The position numbers and the translations under genes were made by a program. From a virus (Duplodnaviria; Caudoviricetes), in IMG/VR virus record IMGVR_UViG_2728369482_000003, positions 56,528-120,527 of that record: a stretch of DNA of 64,000 bases. One strand, written 5' to 3'. The notes below the pieces were generated by a model, which was not told where the DNA came from, searched no databases, and saw only the letters and a list, made by a program, of their open reading frames with translations. Positions 16,502-26,572 of this stretch are shown here, in pieces. The stretch's first letter is position 1. The number at the start of each line of letters is the position of its first letter.

Positions 16502-19500
16502 ATGCCCTACCAGCCTCTTTGTCTGAATCCCCAGGACCCAACCGTCAAGCAGTTTATCAACCAGTACGGTATGCGGGAAACGTACCGGATCTACACCCAG
16601 CACCAGTACTGGTTGCCGGACTTCACGGCGTATCAGAACCGGACCCAGGCGGACGTCCTGCCTACTCAGGGAGCTATGGATTACCTGCAGTCGATGGTCA
16701 GTCTGGATCAGTTCAACACGGACAACCTGGCAAACATCGGAGTCGAACTGCCCCAGGGTACTGAAGCGGCTTTCTGGCGGGATACGTTTTATTTCGGAGA
16801 CAGTATCAGCCGGGGAGCCCTTTCGGAAGAAGCCTTTCACGCCGTCTTTCAACGAGTAATTCCAGGTACTGAACAACAGGACCTGCTGGACACGGGTAAA
16901 CAGCTGCTACAAGCGGATCTGAAAGTACTGGGTCATACCAGTCTGAACGGCTACTACCAGACCATGCTCCAATCGGCTCCCCAGACCTACGAAAATCTCT
17001 CGAAGGAAGCGGGACTAAACCGGCTCTACGAGGAGAAACTGGCTACTGAGTTTGTCCGCTGGAACACCTACGGTAAACAGGCAGCCTGGGAAGCTGACTG
17101 GACGAAACGATTGGCTCCGTACCTTGGAGCTAAATCGGCCAGCCGGATCAGTGGTCTAATCAGCCGGCTGTTTACCCGGTTGAAAGCCGTTATGGGGTTA
17201 TACGACAAAAACCGGCTTAAAGCCGATCTGTTCTTTTCCCGTCTTCGCTCAGGTGTCTACCAGACGGCTAAGGTAACCGAAGCGGGAAACCTTAATACCG
17301 TCCCCACGACCCGGCTCATCCGACTGGGTAACGGACAGACCGTATCGGTTCGGGAATCCACCCAGCTGCTGCGAAATCTGGGAGCCCTGGTGCTCCAGTT
17401 AGGGGATCACGATTTATTCAGTTACCTATCCGAACCCGAACGAATCGAGAAAGCCCTGGAATTAATGAGCAGCCAGTATGGAAGGACACCTGGTGGAAAA
17501 CAAGTGTCACTGGTTTTAAAACCTACCTATTTTGATAAGGTATCAAAGCAGAAAGAAGTCAACCCAGAGTACCAGTTGATCAAAGCGGATCTGGAAGCTT
17601 ACCTGGGTGAGCTGCGGAGCGTATCGACCCTGCTGGATGAATCGGAAGAAGACGAGATTGGGGGCGGCATAAACGAGTTTGCCGGCTACGACAAGGAAGC
17701 CAACGAGATCGGCGGGTTTGCCGGGCTGTCTACCTGGGTCAAGCAGTTCATTGCCCGGACGGGTATTCCCCGCCTGGATAGTAACGGCCTTCCCCAGGTT
17801 CATACGGTAGATACGGGCAATGGAGTCATCGAACTTCCGATCCTGGATGTAGTCGATCCCCAGCAGGTGTATACCGGTCTGGCCCGGAGTTTATCAAATA
17901 CTACCGGGGTCAACGACCGATTGGAAAAACTGCTGGTCCTGACCCAGTTCGACGGTAACCCGGCTACCCGGGCCGTGACCGATCAGCTCCTTCGGGATAT
18001 GGCCCCGGTTCGCTACCAGGCTACCCCGGCCCTGCAAGCCATCCAGGAACGCTTCACGCTGACGGATGGTATCCGAACACCCCAGCAGCTGGATCGGGCT
18101 TTACAAATAGCGGATGCCCGGTTGACGGCCAGGGATCGTTCCGCTATTACCCAGCAGGCCTTTACCCGTTTGCAGGAAACCAGTCCTCGGGTGTTACGAG
18201 AAGAACTGCTGGCGGCTATCCGGACGGATACGCTGGATAGTTATCTGTCTTCGGCCGGTAAAAACGTACTGATCCGAATTCTAAAAGGATTCGATCTCTG
18301 GAAACGGGACATGCTGAATATGCGGGTAGATCCATCCAACGGACTCTCGGTAATCAGTGAAGCCAACGTGGAACGGGCCAGCAAACAGCTCCTGGCCCGC
18401 TGGGAGAGTAACTGGAACCGACGGACTACTGAAACACCAGATCAGCTACCCACTGGACCGGATGTTGTCAACAGTCGAGTAACCTTGGAAACAAAGGATT
18501 TTCCGCTGGTTCAGCTGGAAGCCCTAGCTTTACCCGAACAAACGGCTTACATCGAATCCGTATTTGATCGGGAAGTTGATAAACAGCTTCGCTTTTTAAA
18601 CCGGTTCGGCATTCAGGTACCGTCGGCTTATCTATACTACCGGCTTCAATGGTTTGCCGAACAACGGTATCCTGCATTACCCGGCATTAACCAGACTCGT
18701 TCAGCCCGGTTAAAGGATTTATACCCGATACCGGATAGTTTGTTGTTGACCCCGGATGATCTGGGTTTACTGGATAAATACGTCCAGAACCCAGCCGTGT
18801 CTCCCTACCAGGCAACCGGCTCCAAAGGACTCGAAGCCGGGATGCGGACACGGCTGCAGAAACTGGCCGAGGGAGCCGCCCGTTTCGACGAGTCGGCCGT
18901 GGACAGCTCCTACCAGAACGCAGAAGGCAAAACCATCTACAGCTACCAGCAGAAAACCTACAGCCTGGAATTTTTCAACTGGTTTGGGCAGACCGGTTTG
19001 ACTAAACTGGAAGACCTGTACCGGACCGGTAACCGGACCCGGCTCCGGGATGATCCGTCCGGTAATCCGGTTTACCTTCAGCTCGATAGCTGGGCTTTGC
19101 AGAAAAACCGGCTGCTCAAAGCCATCCTGACCGATCCGGCCGTACGGGCCCAGCAGGGTAAACTCACGGCCTTTACCGTGGACGGTACGACCCAGACCCA
19201 GCTGGAAGGAACCCCGGACAACGCCCGTTCAAGACCCGATGCCCAGGCCGGGGAAGGGGTTACCTACGGAGGGATGTCCCCCCGGGAGTTCGACCAGTTC
19301 AACCTCAACAGCCTGGTGTCTCGTTCGACCACGGTGGGCAGTCTGACCATCAGCCCGGTGTTCCTGGGCAACCGGGAAACCAGTAAGACGGGGGAGTACA
19401 TGAATCTTCCGTTACTTACGGGTCTTATCGAAAACGATCAGCTGACCGATAAGGGAGCCAATCTGCTACTGGACGAGATCCAGAAAGAATACGAACGAAT

Positions 19501-22500
19501 TCAGCAAACCTACAAAGAAATAAACCCGGACGAGAACGGGAAGCCTAGGTATTCAGCTGAACTTGAAAAGGCCCAGAACTACCACACCGGGAAATCCCTG
19601 AAACCCGTGGTGGTCAAGGATCCGACCCGCTTATCGGTGACGGTTCACGTACCGAGCGCCGGTAAAGATTTTCGGGGGCTGCAGTTCACCGACGGACTCC
19701 GGGGCTTACTCCCCGGTAACTGGCAAACACTACCCCAGCCGGGTGATACCGAAGCCGGTAACCTGATACTATCGGCCCTGGCTGGTTATGACTTTCCCCG
19801 CCAGAAACTACTGGCTCCGATCAAGCAGCAGATCCGGGCTAACCTGGACGAGCACCTGGACCGTTTTGCCCAGGAAGGACTCTGGAAAGCCGATCTTTCA
19901 GGTCCCACGACCCTGCTGAATCTCCGGCTGAGCAAAGCCCGGGTGGAAAACAAGCTGGTATCGGACCTGCTGAATAACATCGCCATGGGGCAGCTGGCCT
20001 ACGGGGATGCGGCTCTGCTCTACAAAAACGACGGGGTAGACGTCTTCAAACGACTCAAGGGGCTCAACGCGGCTATCATTAACTTTAAAATACCCTTCAG
20101 CTCCCCGGCCCAGGGAATTGATGAACCGGCTACGTATCTGAAAGCTTTGACCATCGGAGAACCGACGGCTGTCAGTGACGTCTCCGGGGGCTCGATCGAT
20201 CTGGCCGATGCTCAGGGCTACCAGAGTGTTCAGGCCCGTCGAAAACACCTCTACGGAGCGGGCCGGCTGGACAGTCTGCAGGTCGAAGTGCTCGACGCCA
20301 TACAGGAAGGCAAACCTGTCCGGGGCAAACTGCTGGCCCGGTTGCGGGAATCAGGGATTATGTACAACTCGGAGAAGACCGTGGGAGCCGACGGGCAGCA
20401 GTACAAAAAGCTCTCGGAGACGATTCTCTCCAAAGAACTTACGGCCGATCCCTACCCGATCACCAAAGAACAGTTTGATCAGTGGGCCAGTCTGGACAGC
20501 TACAACCGGACCCGGCTGAATCCCGGATCTCCCGAAGTAAGCTCCTATATCGACGACAAATCTGGTCAGCGGGTCTACCGGCAGTGGGTCCCCAAGCCCG
20601 GCCGCCGGAGTCTGAACGAGCTTCGGTTGAAAATGGACGGCTTTGAGCGGGTCGGGGACAACTGGCAGTTTCGGGGTTATGAACACCGTATCGATCTGGT
20701 AACACCCCTCTCGGCCAGTAAAACCCTGAACGTGAATGTTCACGAAACGAGAACTGACGCTGGTCAGCCCGACTGGGGGCAGGTCGATGACCGGAGCATT
20801 CACCAGCTGGATTTCAGCTTTTACGGGCTGCAGACGGAAAACCCTTCGGGTAAAACCAAGATTGTCGATCCGACCCAGATGCTGGAGATCATTGCCAACG
20901 AGTTGGGAGACGATGCTAGGGTCTGGTTCGAACAGGAATTTATCGGCAAGAACCAGATCGAAACCCTCTGGCAAAGCTACCTTCAGCAGCGGGATTCGAC
21001 CAACTACCAGCTGGCAGAGAAAGTCTTCCAGGACGAATCGGGTAATCTGACGCTCCACCGGTTCCGTCAGCAGGCCTTCGAAGCGGTTATTCGCTCGGGT
21101 AAAGACAAACAGACAGTTGATCTGTTCGATCCCCAGCATAACCTGAATCTGAACCTGCCCCTGACCAGGGATCAGTTCATCAGCCAGTTCTTTTCCCATT
21201 TCTCCAAAGGAGTACTATCCCACAAACGGGCGGGGGATTCACTGGCCCACGTGTCTTCGTTTGGTCACCAGGTCATTAAAAAGCTCCGCCGGGTCAAGCT
21301 CGACGACGGTTCGACCAATATCACCTGGGACGTTATCCGGGACGGCTCCCGGGAATACCAGCTGGCCCTTGGGCAGGGTCTCTCGGGTAGTTTGGCCCCA
21401 TTCCGCTACAAGCACGAGTTCGACGGTAAAAGGCGGATCGAGCCAACTGGTTACACCGATTCAAAAGGGAATACCAACTCCAGCTGGTTTAGTCAGGCTA
21501 CTACGCTACTGGGTGATCAGGACTCGGTCTACGTACTGGACAGTCTTCGGCACCTTAAACCCCGGCTGGAAGAAACCGCTCCCGGCTCCAATGTGTACCG
21601 GCAGACGGGGTATTTCTCCGAAGCCCTGATGCCGGTACACGACGATCAGATTCGGGAGCTGACGCCGGACCTGCGGTATAGCTTTGGGGTCCGGATTCCT
21701 TCCCAGGACAAGCACTCGGCCATGAATGTGGAGTGGGTGGATACGCTGCCGGTTTTCATGGGTTCCAGTGTGATTCTGCCCAAGGAAGTCGTCGAGCTGT
21801 CGGGTTCCGATTTTGACATCGACAAACTCTATTTGACCCGCTTTGATGGATACTGGAAGAAAGATCGGAACAACCGGAATCAGTTCGTAGCTTACGGATC
21901 GGAGCAAACCGACGAAGCCCGGTGGGAAAGTTACGTCCATTACCTGCTGGATCATTACCCGGCCATCAAACGGGAGCTTCGTCAGAAACTCCAGGATCCG
22001 ACTTATCAGGATTTAGCTGTAGTAGTCCGGGCTCTGCAGGCCGATCAATCGGAACAGTTACTGGATGACGAACAGTTGTCGGACTGGACGGCCGCCAGTC
22101 TCCAGCTATACTTTGCCGGCGATCTAGCTGGTTTGAAAGCCGGGCTGGACAGCCAGTACCAGCAGGCCCTGTCAGAAGTCCTCTCTCAGTTCGGCCTGCC
22201 GGCCAGTCAGAACACCTATACCAGTCTGCCCAGGGCGGAACAGGAAGCCCTGCACGTGGGGATCATCCAGAACCGGATGCTCTCGCTCCAACAGGGACTC
22301 CTGGCCAACGATACGACCATCAATGACAGTAATCCGACGGGTGGTCAGTACAACCAGCCGGCGGCTCTGGATAAACTGAACGAGCTGAAGGGAGAAACCC
22401 AGGACGGCACCCGGCTGTTTGGTGAATCGGTGGCTCCGATTTCGACCCACTGGCAGCTGACCCACAGCAGGGTTCATCAGAAAAACGGAGTGGGTAAAGC

Positions 22501-25500
22501 CCTGATCGGTATCGGGGTGAATACCAACTTGTTTCTAATCAATGCCGTCCGGCTGGGCTTTCAAGTCCATCCCGACTACCTGCCTAAACTGGACGACAAC
22601 CGTTCCCATGACGGGATCTACCGGGCCCAGACGGTGGGGAAAAACGGCGAGGCAGTTCGGAGCTTTGATATCAACTCGACGATCATTACGGCCGATACCG
22701 ACGAAGCCAAGGAAGCCCTGAACGCCTACTACCAGCTCAACAGCGATACCCAGGCTGTGGTACTCCACCTGACGGGGATTGGCTACAGTCTGCTCGACGG
22801 ACTGACACTGGTCAACCAGCCGGTGATTCAACGCTACGTGGCCCTGACCGAACAGGCCCGCCGGGTCAAACGAGGTATTGGGGTTATCAGCAAGGAAGAA
22901 GAAGGACTTCGGTTTGCCAGCAAGGATAAACTGGTCCGGCAGGCGCTGGGCTTATCGGATACCGACAAACTGGACCTATCCGGAAGCTACACCGTCGAAG
23001 CCCTGCGGAACCAGTTGGCTGGTTACCGCAAAACCGGAACGTATCAACGGTCCTCAATTGATGGACAACTGCTGACCGATTTTCAGAACCTGGTCGAATT
23101 GAACGAGTACGCCAGTAACTTCGTCCGGTTCATCAAGCTCAAAAAAGGGTTTGGTCGGGAGCTGCCCGCCTTCGATCAGCTGGTCAAAGCCGGTGAACGA
23201 CTGGGGTTTGGAGCCGTAGAACCCGAAGCCGCTCCGATCGATATCAAAGCCAAGCTGGAAGCCAAACCCAGACTGGCCGCCCAGTATTTGAACCTGATCA
23301 ACCAGATCGTCCCCCGCTCCCAGGCCCTGCAACAGCAGGTGATTCTCCGCCGGCACCCCCTGTTTACCGGACTCCAGCAACAGGTCAGTAATCAGCTAAA
23401 CATGGTCTCGGCGGCCGATCAGGAGATTCTGGCCCGGGCGGTGGAAACCTTTTTGTTAACCAAACTCTACCAGCAGCAGGGCTTCCAGCTGGATCCGGCC
23501 AGTGTATACCAGGACGGCGGGGACGAACGAATCACCCGGCAACTTCAGGCCTTTCAGCGGGATTACGCGTTTGTCCGAAAAGATGAGAACGGACTGATCC
23601 TGGAAAAAAGTATCTTTGCCGATAACCCGATCTTCGAGCTGCTTCAGCCGGTAACGGGTACTGATGGAACCAGTACCCTCCGACTCGGCGGAGCTCTCAA
23701 GCTCAGTCCATCCCAGCAGGAGAATCTGCTGGATGCGTTCCAGGATCTCTACACCCGGCCGAACCAGCCAGTGATCGACGGACAAACGGTTGGACAACTG
23801 ATGGCTACCCGGCTGGTGAATTACCACCTGGTCAAGGAAGGGTTTCAGTTTACGGTCAACAGCATCAGCCGGCTGTTTCCCCCGGCCGTCTTTGCCCAGC
23901 TCAGCCAGCAACTCGATCAAATCCAGGCTAATCCGGACGTATCCGGAAATACGGTAAATCAGTGGTCCGCTGACCTACTGACCAGTCTGGGTCGGGACGT
24001 GAACTACCAGACGTATGTTAAGCCCTTACGCAGACCAACTGGTAAAAACTCATTAGCCAGTCTGGTTAAACAATCCGGATTCTGGCAGTACCAGACGGCC
24101 GACGAGCAAGTGAGTAAACAAGCCCTGACTACCGACCTGGTACTAGATAGCACCCGGATTCCCGCTGATAAATCCCAGGAGCTGTATCCCAGTATGGGTC
24201 TGGGGTATTCACCCAAAACCGGATCGGTTGATTTCCCCCGCTTTATTCGGGTTGAAGAATGGATGAACGGGGGTACGGGTGAGTACGGCGAGGAACTACC
24301 CAGCTACAAACAGGCTAAAACCTACGAGCTGGTGAGTGTTATCGGTACCGATGGAAAGGTGATTCCCCTGTCACAAATCGAAGCCAGTCCGGAAGTATCC
24401 GGAAGTAAAGCCCGCTACGTCGAAGTCATTCCATCGGGAGCCAAAGGAATCTCGGGGGCTACCGGCTTACCGGCCCACTACAGCCCGGCAGCCAAGACCA
24501 AACGGGATGCCTTGAGTAGTCAGGTTAAGCCCGGTTCGGCTACGGCTAACTACTATGGATTAGCGGGGAATCCAATGCTACCTGCTCTAGTAACGGGTGT
24601 AAGTCAGTCACCGATAACTATTGTCGAAAAACCTGTCGTTACCAACAAAGAATTGGTCATTTCTGTTTTACCGGAAACGACCGAAAAGGGTAAGCGGGCA
24701 GAAACCACTACGAAGTTTGGGGTTGAGAAGCCGCTGAGCTACGAGCAGCTGGGAACCGAGCAGAAGCAGTTTGTGGATAAGCTCCAGTCATTTGTGCTGA
24801 CTGATTCGTTTAATCCCCGGGATGCCGAGTCGGTACTGGTACTGGAAGGGTCGGCGGGTACTGGTAAAACAACGTCGGTAAAAGTAGCCCTGCAGCAGCT
24901 ACTGGAATCCGGCCGAGTTTACCCTGAACAGATTATGCTGTCAGCTCCTACGCACACGGCTCTGAAGACCTTGTTCCGGTCCGTTCGGGGAGTAAGGCAT
25001 CGAAACCGAAATCCGATGAATACGGCCCGTTTTTACAAAAACAACGTAAAAACAGTTCAATCCCTGCTGGGAGCCGTTCGTCGGGTCAATCAGAACGGGG
25101 AACTTCAGTTTTCTATCAGCAAGACCACCAAGGAAAAACTGCTGGATATCCGGTTGCTGATTATCGACGAAGCGTCCATGATTTCCAATGTTCGGGAAAA
25201 GGGAGCAACGGTTAGTATGTTGGAAGGGCTTCAGGGTTTACAGGACGAACTACCGAACCTGAAAATTCTGTACATCGGGGATCCGAACCAGATACCTCCG
25301 GTGAATGGAAAAGAAAGTGTTGTTTTTAGTCTGTACCGGAATAACCTTCATCGGCTGACGCAGGTATTCAGGCAGTCGATGCAGAATCCGGTCATTCGAA
25401 CGCTGACCCGGATCCGGGAGAAGATTGATCAACCGACGGATCCGCTGGATTACAAATCAGCCATCCATAACGGGGAAGGGATTGTATATACCGGGTCTTC

Positions 25501-26572
25501 CGCTGCCTTTATGGAACAGGTACGGGATCAGTTTACCTCGGACGGTTACGCAGCCAACAAAGATTTTACCAAGGTTATTTCCTACACCAACCAGGCCGTA
25601 CAGCGGTTTAACCAGCTAGTCCGTCGGTACCGGTTCGGAGACCTGCCGAAATTTCTGGAAATTGGGGATGTCGTGATGGGCTACGCCAATACCGATATTA
25701 TCAACGGACAGGAGTATGAGGTCCGCTCTATCACTGAGAATCATCCGATCCAGCTGGACGAACTACTCAACAGCAGTACGGCTACGGGTCAACGGCAGCT
25801 CCAGTTACTAACCGATGAATTTCCCCGGCAGGTTCAGCAGCTACGGGCTAATCCGCCCATTGGCTACAAGGTAGAACTCGAAGAAGTTAACTCGATCAAG
25901 GCTGAATTCGACGAATCACCCCGGCAGACTAGTTATCTGCTGGACGTCAAGAACGAGTCCGATATCGATTACATCCGGGAGCATCTGAATCTGGTAGGAG
26001 CCGTACGAACAAAGATCAACGCTACCTGGTCGGAGTACAACCGAACCAAAAACCGGAGTTTATTCGGCCTGATTCAGGAGCTGGAAGGCGTTCGACAAAG
26101 TCTGGAAATGATTAACTTTAACCAGCCAATCATTCAGTACCAGAACCAGTTCTACCCCCAGAAGCAGCTGGTGTTGATTCTCCAGACTGCTGGACAAAGC
26201 CCGGACCAGATTGAACAGATTCTTAGCCGGGGTAATATCGTGGACAAGACCTACGATTATGGCTATGCGATTACAGCCCATAAAGCTCAGGGAAAAACCT
26301 ACGTCAACACGCTGATTAACCTGGAAGACATTGACGGTAATAACGACCGGAGACGGCTAGCCAATCCCAAAGAAGTAAACCGGATTCGGTACGTAGCCTT
26401 GTCCCGGGCTACTGGCATCGATTACGTACTGACCCCCAAAGCTGAATCCGTTTCCCAGCCCATTACCGTTAAACCTTCCCTATTTGACATCGGTACCCCG
26501 GGAGAATCCCTGGATGAGCAGACCGATACTGATTTACGGCTCGACCAACCCTGCGCCAAACCCACCGCCTGA
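16502..26572 (+). CDS. virion-associated single-chain two-barrel DNA-dependent RNA polymerase (crAss-like) with N-terminal zincin-like domain and C-terminal SF1B (Dda/RecD-like) helicase
   Basis: RIPSQDKHS (21692) and catalytic GSDFDIDKLY (DFDID 21809-21823), plus ADAQGY and K.S motifs. EEAFH...EEKLA zincin-like region. Helicase motifs GSAGTGKT, SAPTH, IIDEASM, GDPNQIPPV, LTQVFRQ, YAITAHKAQG and YVALSRA. Confidence 0.88.
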   Translation: MPYQPLCLNPQDPTVKQFINQYGMRETYRIYTQHQYWLPDFTAYQNRTQADVLPTQGAMDYLQSMVSLDQFNTDNLANIGVELPQGTEAAFWRDTFYFGDSISRGALSEEAFHAVFQRVIPGTEQQDLLDTGKQLLQADLKVLGHTSLNGYYQTMLQSAPQTYENLSKEAGLNRLYEEKLATEFVRWNTYGKQAAWEADWTKRLAPYLGAKSASRISGLISRLFTRLKAVMGLYDKNRLKADLFFSRLRSGVYQTAKVTEAGNLNTVPTTRLIRLGNGQTVSVRESTQLLRNLGALVLQLGDHDLFSYLSEPERIEKALELMSSQYGRTPGGKQVSLVLKPTYFDKVSKQKEVNPEYQLIKADLEAYLGELRSVSTLLDESEEDEIGGGINEFAGYDKEANEIGGFAGLSTWVKQFIARTGIPRLDSNGLPQVHTVDTGNGVIELPILDVVDPQQVYTGLARSLSNTTGVNDRLEKLLVLTQFDGNPATRAVTDQLLRDMAPVRYQATPALQAIQERFTLTDGIRTPQQLDRALQIADARLTARDRSAITQQAFTRLQETSPRVLREELLAAIRTDTLDSYLSSAGKNVLIRILKGFDLWKRDMLNMRVDPSNGLSVISEANVERASKQLLARWESNWNRRTTETPDQLPTGPDVVNSRVTLETKDFPLVQLEALALPEQTAYIESVFDREVDKQLRFLNRFGIQVPSAYLYYRLQWFAEQRYPALPGINQTRSARLKDLYPIPDSLLLTPDDLGLLDKYVQNPAVSPYQATGSKGLEAGMRTRLQKLAEGAARFDESAVDSSYQNAEGKTIYSYQQKTYSLEFFNWFGQTGLTKLEDLYRTGNRTRLRDDPSGNPVYLQLDSWALQKNRLLKAILTDPAVRAQQGKLTAFTVDGTTQTQLEGTPDNARSRPDAQAGEGVTYGGMSPREFDQFNLNSLVSRSTTVGSLTISPVFLGNRETSKTGEYMNLPLLTGLIENDQLTDKGANLLLDEIQKEYERIQQTYKEINPDENGKPRYSAELEKAQNYHTGKSLKPVVVKDPTRLSVTVHVPSAGKDFRGLQFTDGLRGLLPGNWQTLPQPGDTEAGNLILSALAGYDFPRQKLLAPIKQQIRANLDEHLDRFAQEGLWKADLSGPTTLLNLRLSKARVENKLVSDLLNNIAMGQLAYGDAALLYKNDGVDVFKRLKGLNAAIINFKIPFSSPAQGIDEPATYLKALTIGEPTAVSDVSGGSIDLADAQGYQSVQARRKHLYGAGRLDSLQVEVLDAIQEGKPVRGKLLARLRESGIMYNSEKTVGADGQQYKKLSETILSKELTADPYPITKEQFDQWASLDSYNRTRLNPGSPEVSSYIDDKSGQRVYRQWVPKPGRRSLNELRLKMDGFERVGDNWQFRGYEHRIDLVTPLSASKTLNVNVHETRTDAGQPDWGQVDDRSIHQLDFSFYGLQTENPSGKTKIVDPTQMLEIIANELGDDARVWFEQEFIGKNQIETLWQSYLQQRDSTNYQLAEKVFQDESGNLTLHRFRQQAFEAVIRSGKDKQTVDLFDPQHNLNLNLPLTRDQFISQFFSHFSKGVLSHKRAGDSLAHVSSFGHQVIKKLRRVKLDDGSTNITWDVIRDGSREYQLALGQGLSGSLAPFRYKHEFDGKRRIEPTGYTDSKGNTNSSWFSQATTLLGDQDSVYVLDSLRHLKPRLEETAPGSNVYRQTGYFSEALMPVHDDQIRELTPDLRYSFGVRIPSQDKHSAMNVEWVDTLPVFMGSSVILPKEVVELSGSDFDIDKLYLTRFDGYWKKDRNNRNQFVAYGSEQTDEARWESYVHYLLDHYPAIKRELRQKLQDPTYQDLAVVVRALQADQSEQLLDDEQLSDWTAASLQLYFAGDLAGLKAGLDSQYQQALSEVLSQFGLPASQNTYTSLPRAEQEALHVGIIQNRMLSLQQGLLANDTTINDSNPTGGQYNQPAALDKLNELKGETQDGTRLFGESVAPISTHWQLTHSRVHQKNGVGKALIGIGVNTNLFLINAVRLGFQVHPDYLPKLDDNRSHDGIYRAQTVGKNGEAVRSFDINSTIITADTDEAKEALNAYYQLNSDTQAVVLHLTGIGYSLLDGLTLVNQPVIQRYVALTEQARRVKRGIGVISKEEEGLRFASKDKLVRQALGLSDTDKLDLSGSYTVEALRNQLAGYRKTGTYQRSSIDGQLLTDFQNLVELNEYASNFVRFIKLKKGFGRELPAFDQLVKAGERLGFGAVEPEAAPIDIKAKLEAKPRLAAQYLNLINQIVPRSQALQQQVILRRHPLFTGLQQQVSNQLNMVSAADQEILARAVETFLLTKLYQQQGFQLDPASVYQDGGDERITRQLQAFQRDYAFVRKDENGLILEKSIFADNPIFELLQPVTGTDGTSTLRLGGALKLSPSQQENLLDAFQDLYTRPNQPVIDGQTVGQLMATRLVNYHLVKEGFQFTVNSISRLFPPAVFAQLSQQLDQIQANPDVSGNTVNQWSADLLTSLGRDVNYQTYVKPLRRPTGKNSLASLVKQSGFWQYQTADEQVSKQALTTDLVLDSTRIPADKSQELYPSMGLGYSPKTGSVDFPRFIRVEEWMNGGTGEYGEELPSYKQAKTYELVSVIGTDGKVIPLSQIEASPEVSGSKARYVEVIPSGAKGISGATGLPAHYSPAAKTKRDALSSQVKPGSATANYYGLAGNPMLPALVTGVSQSPITIVEKPVVTNKELVISVLPETTEKGKRAETTTKFGVEKPLSYEQLGTEQKQFVDKLQSFVLTDSFNPRDAESVLVLEGSAGTGKTTSVKVALQQLLESGRVYPEQIMLSAPTHTALKTLFRSVRGVRHRNRNPMNTARFYKNNVKTVQSLLGAVRRVNQNGELQFSISKTTKEKLLDIRLLIIDEASMISNVREKGATVSMLEGLQGLQDELPNLKILYIGDPNQIPPVNGKESVVFSLYRNNLHRLTQVFRQSMQNPVIRTLTRIREKIDQPTDPLDYKSAIHNGEGIVYTGSSAAFMEQVRDQFTSDGYAANKDFTKVISYTNQAVQRFNQLVRRYRFGDLPKFLEIGDVVMGYANTDIINGQEYEVRSITENHPIQLDELLNSSTATGQRQLQLLTDEFPRQVQQLRANPPIGYKVELEEVNSIKAEFDESPRQTSYLLDVKNESDIDYIREHLNLVGAVRTKINATWSEYNRTKNRSLFGLIQELEGVRQSLEMINFNQPIIQYQNQFYPQKQLVLILQTAGQSPDQIEQILSRGNIVDKTYDYGYAITAHKAQGKTYVNTLINLEDIDGNNDRRRLANPKEVNRIRYVALSRATGIDYVLTPKAESVSQPITVKPSLFDIGTPGESLDEQTDTDLRLDQPCAKPTA

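Noticed and set aside
16502-26572. Intein or intron explaining the size of the RNAP gene
   Set aside because: No internal Cys, no LAGLIDADG or splice-junction motifs seen, and the frame is continuous.
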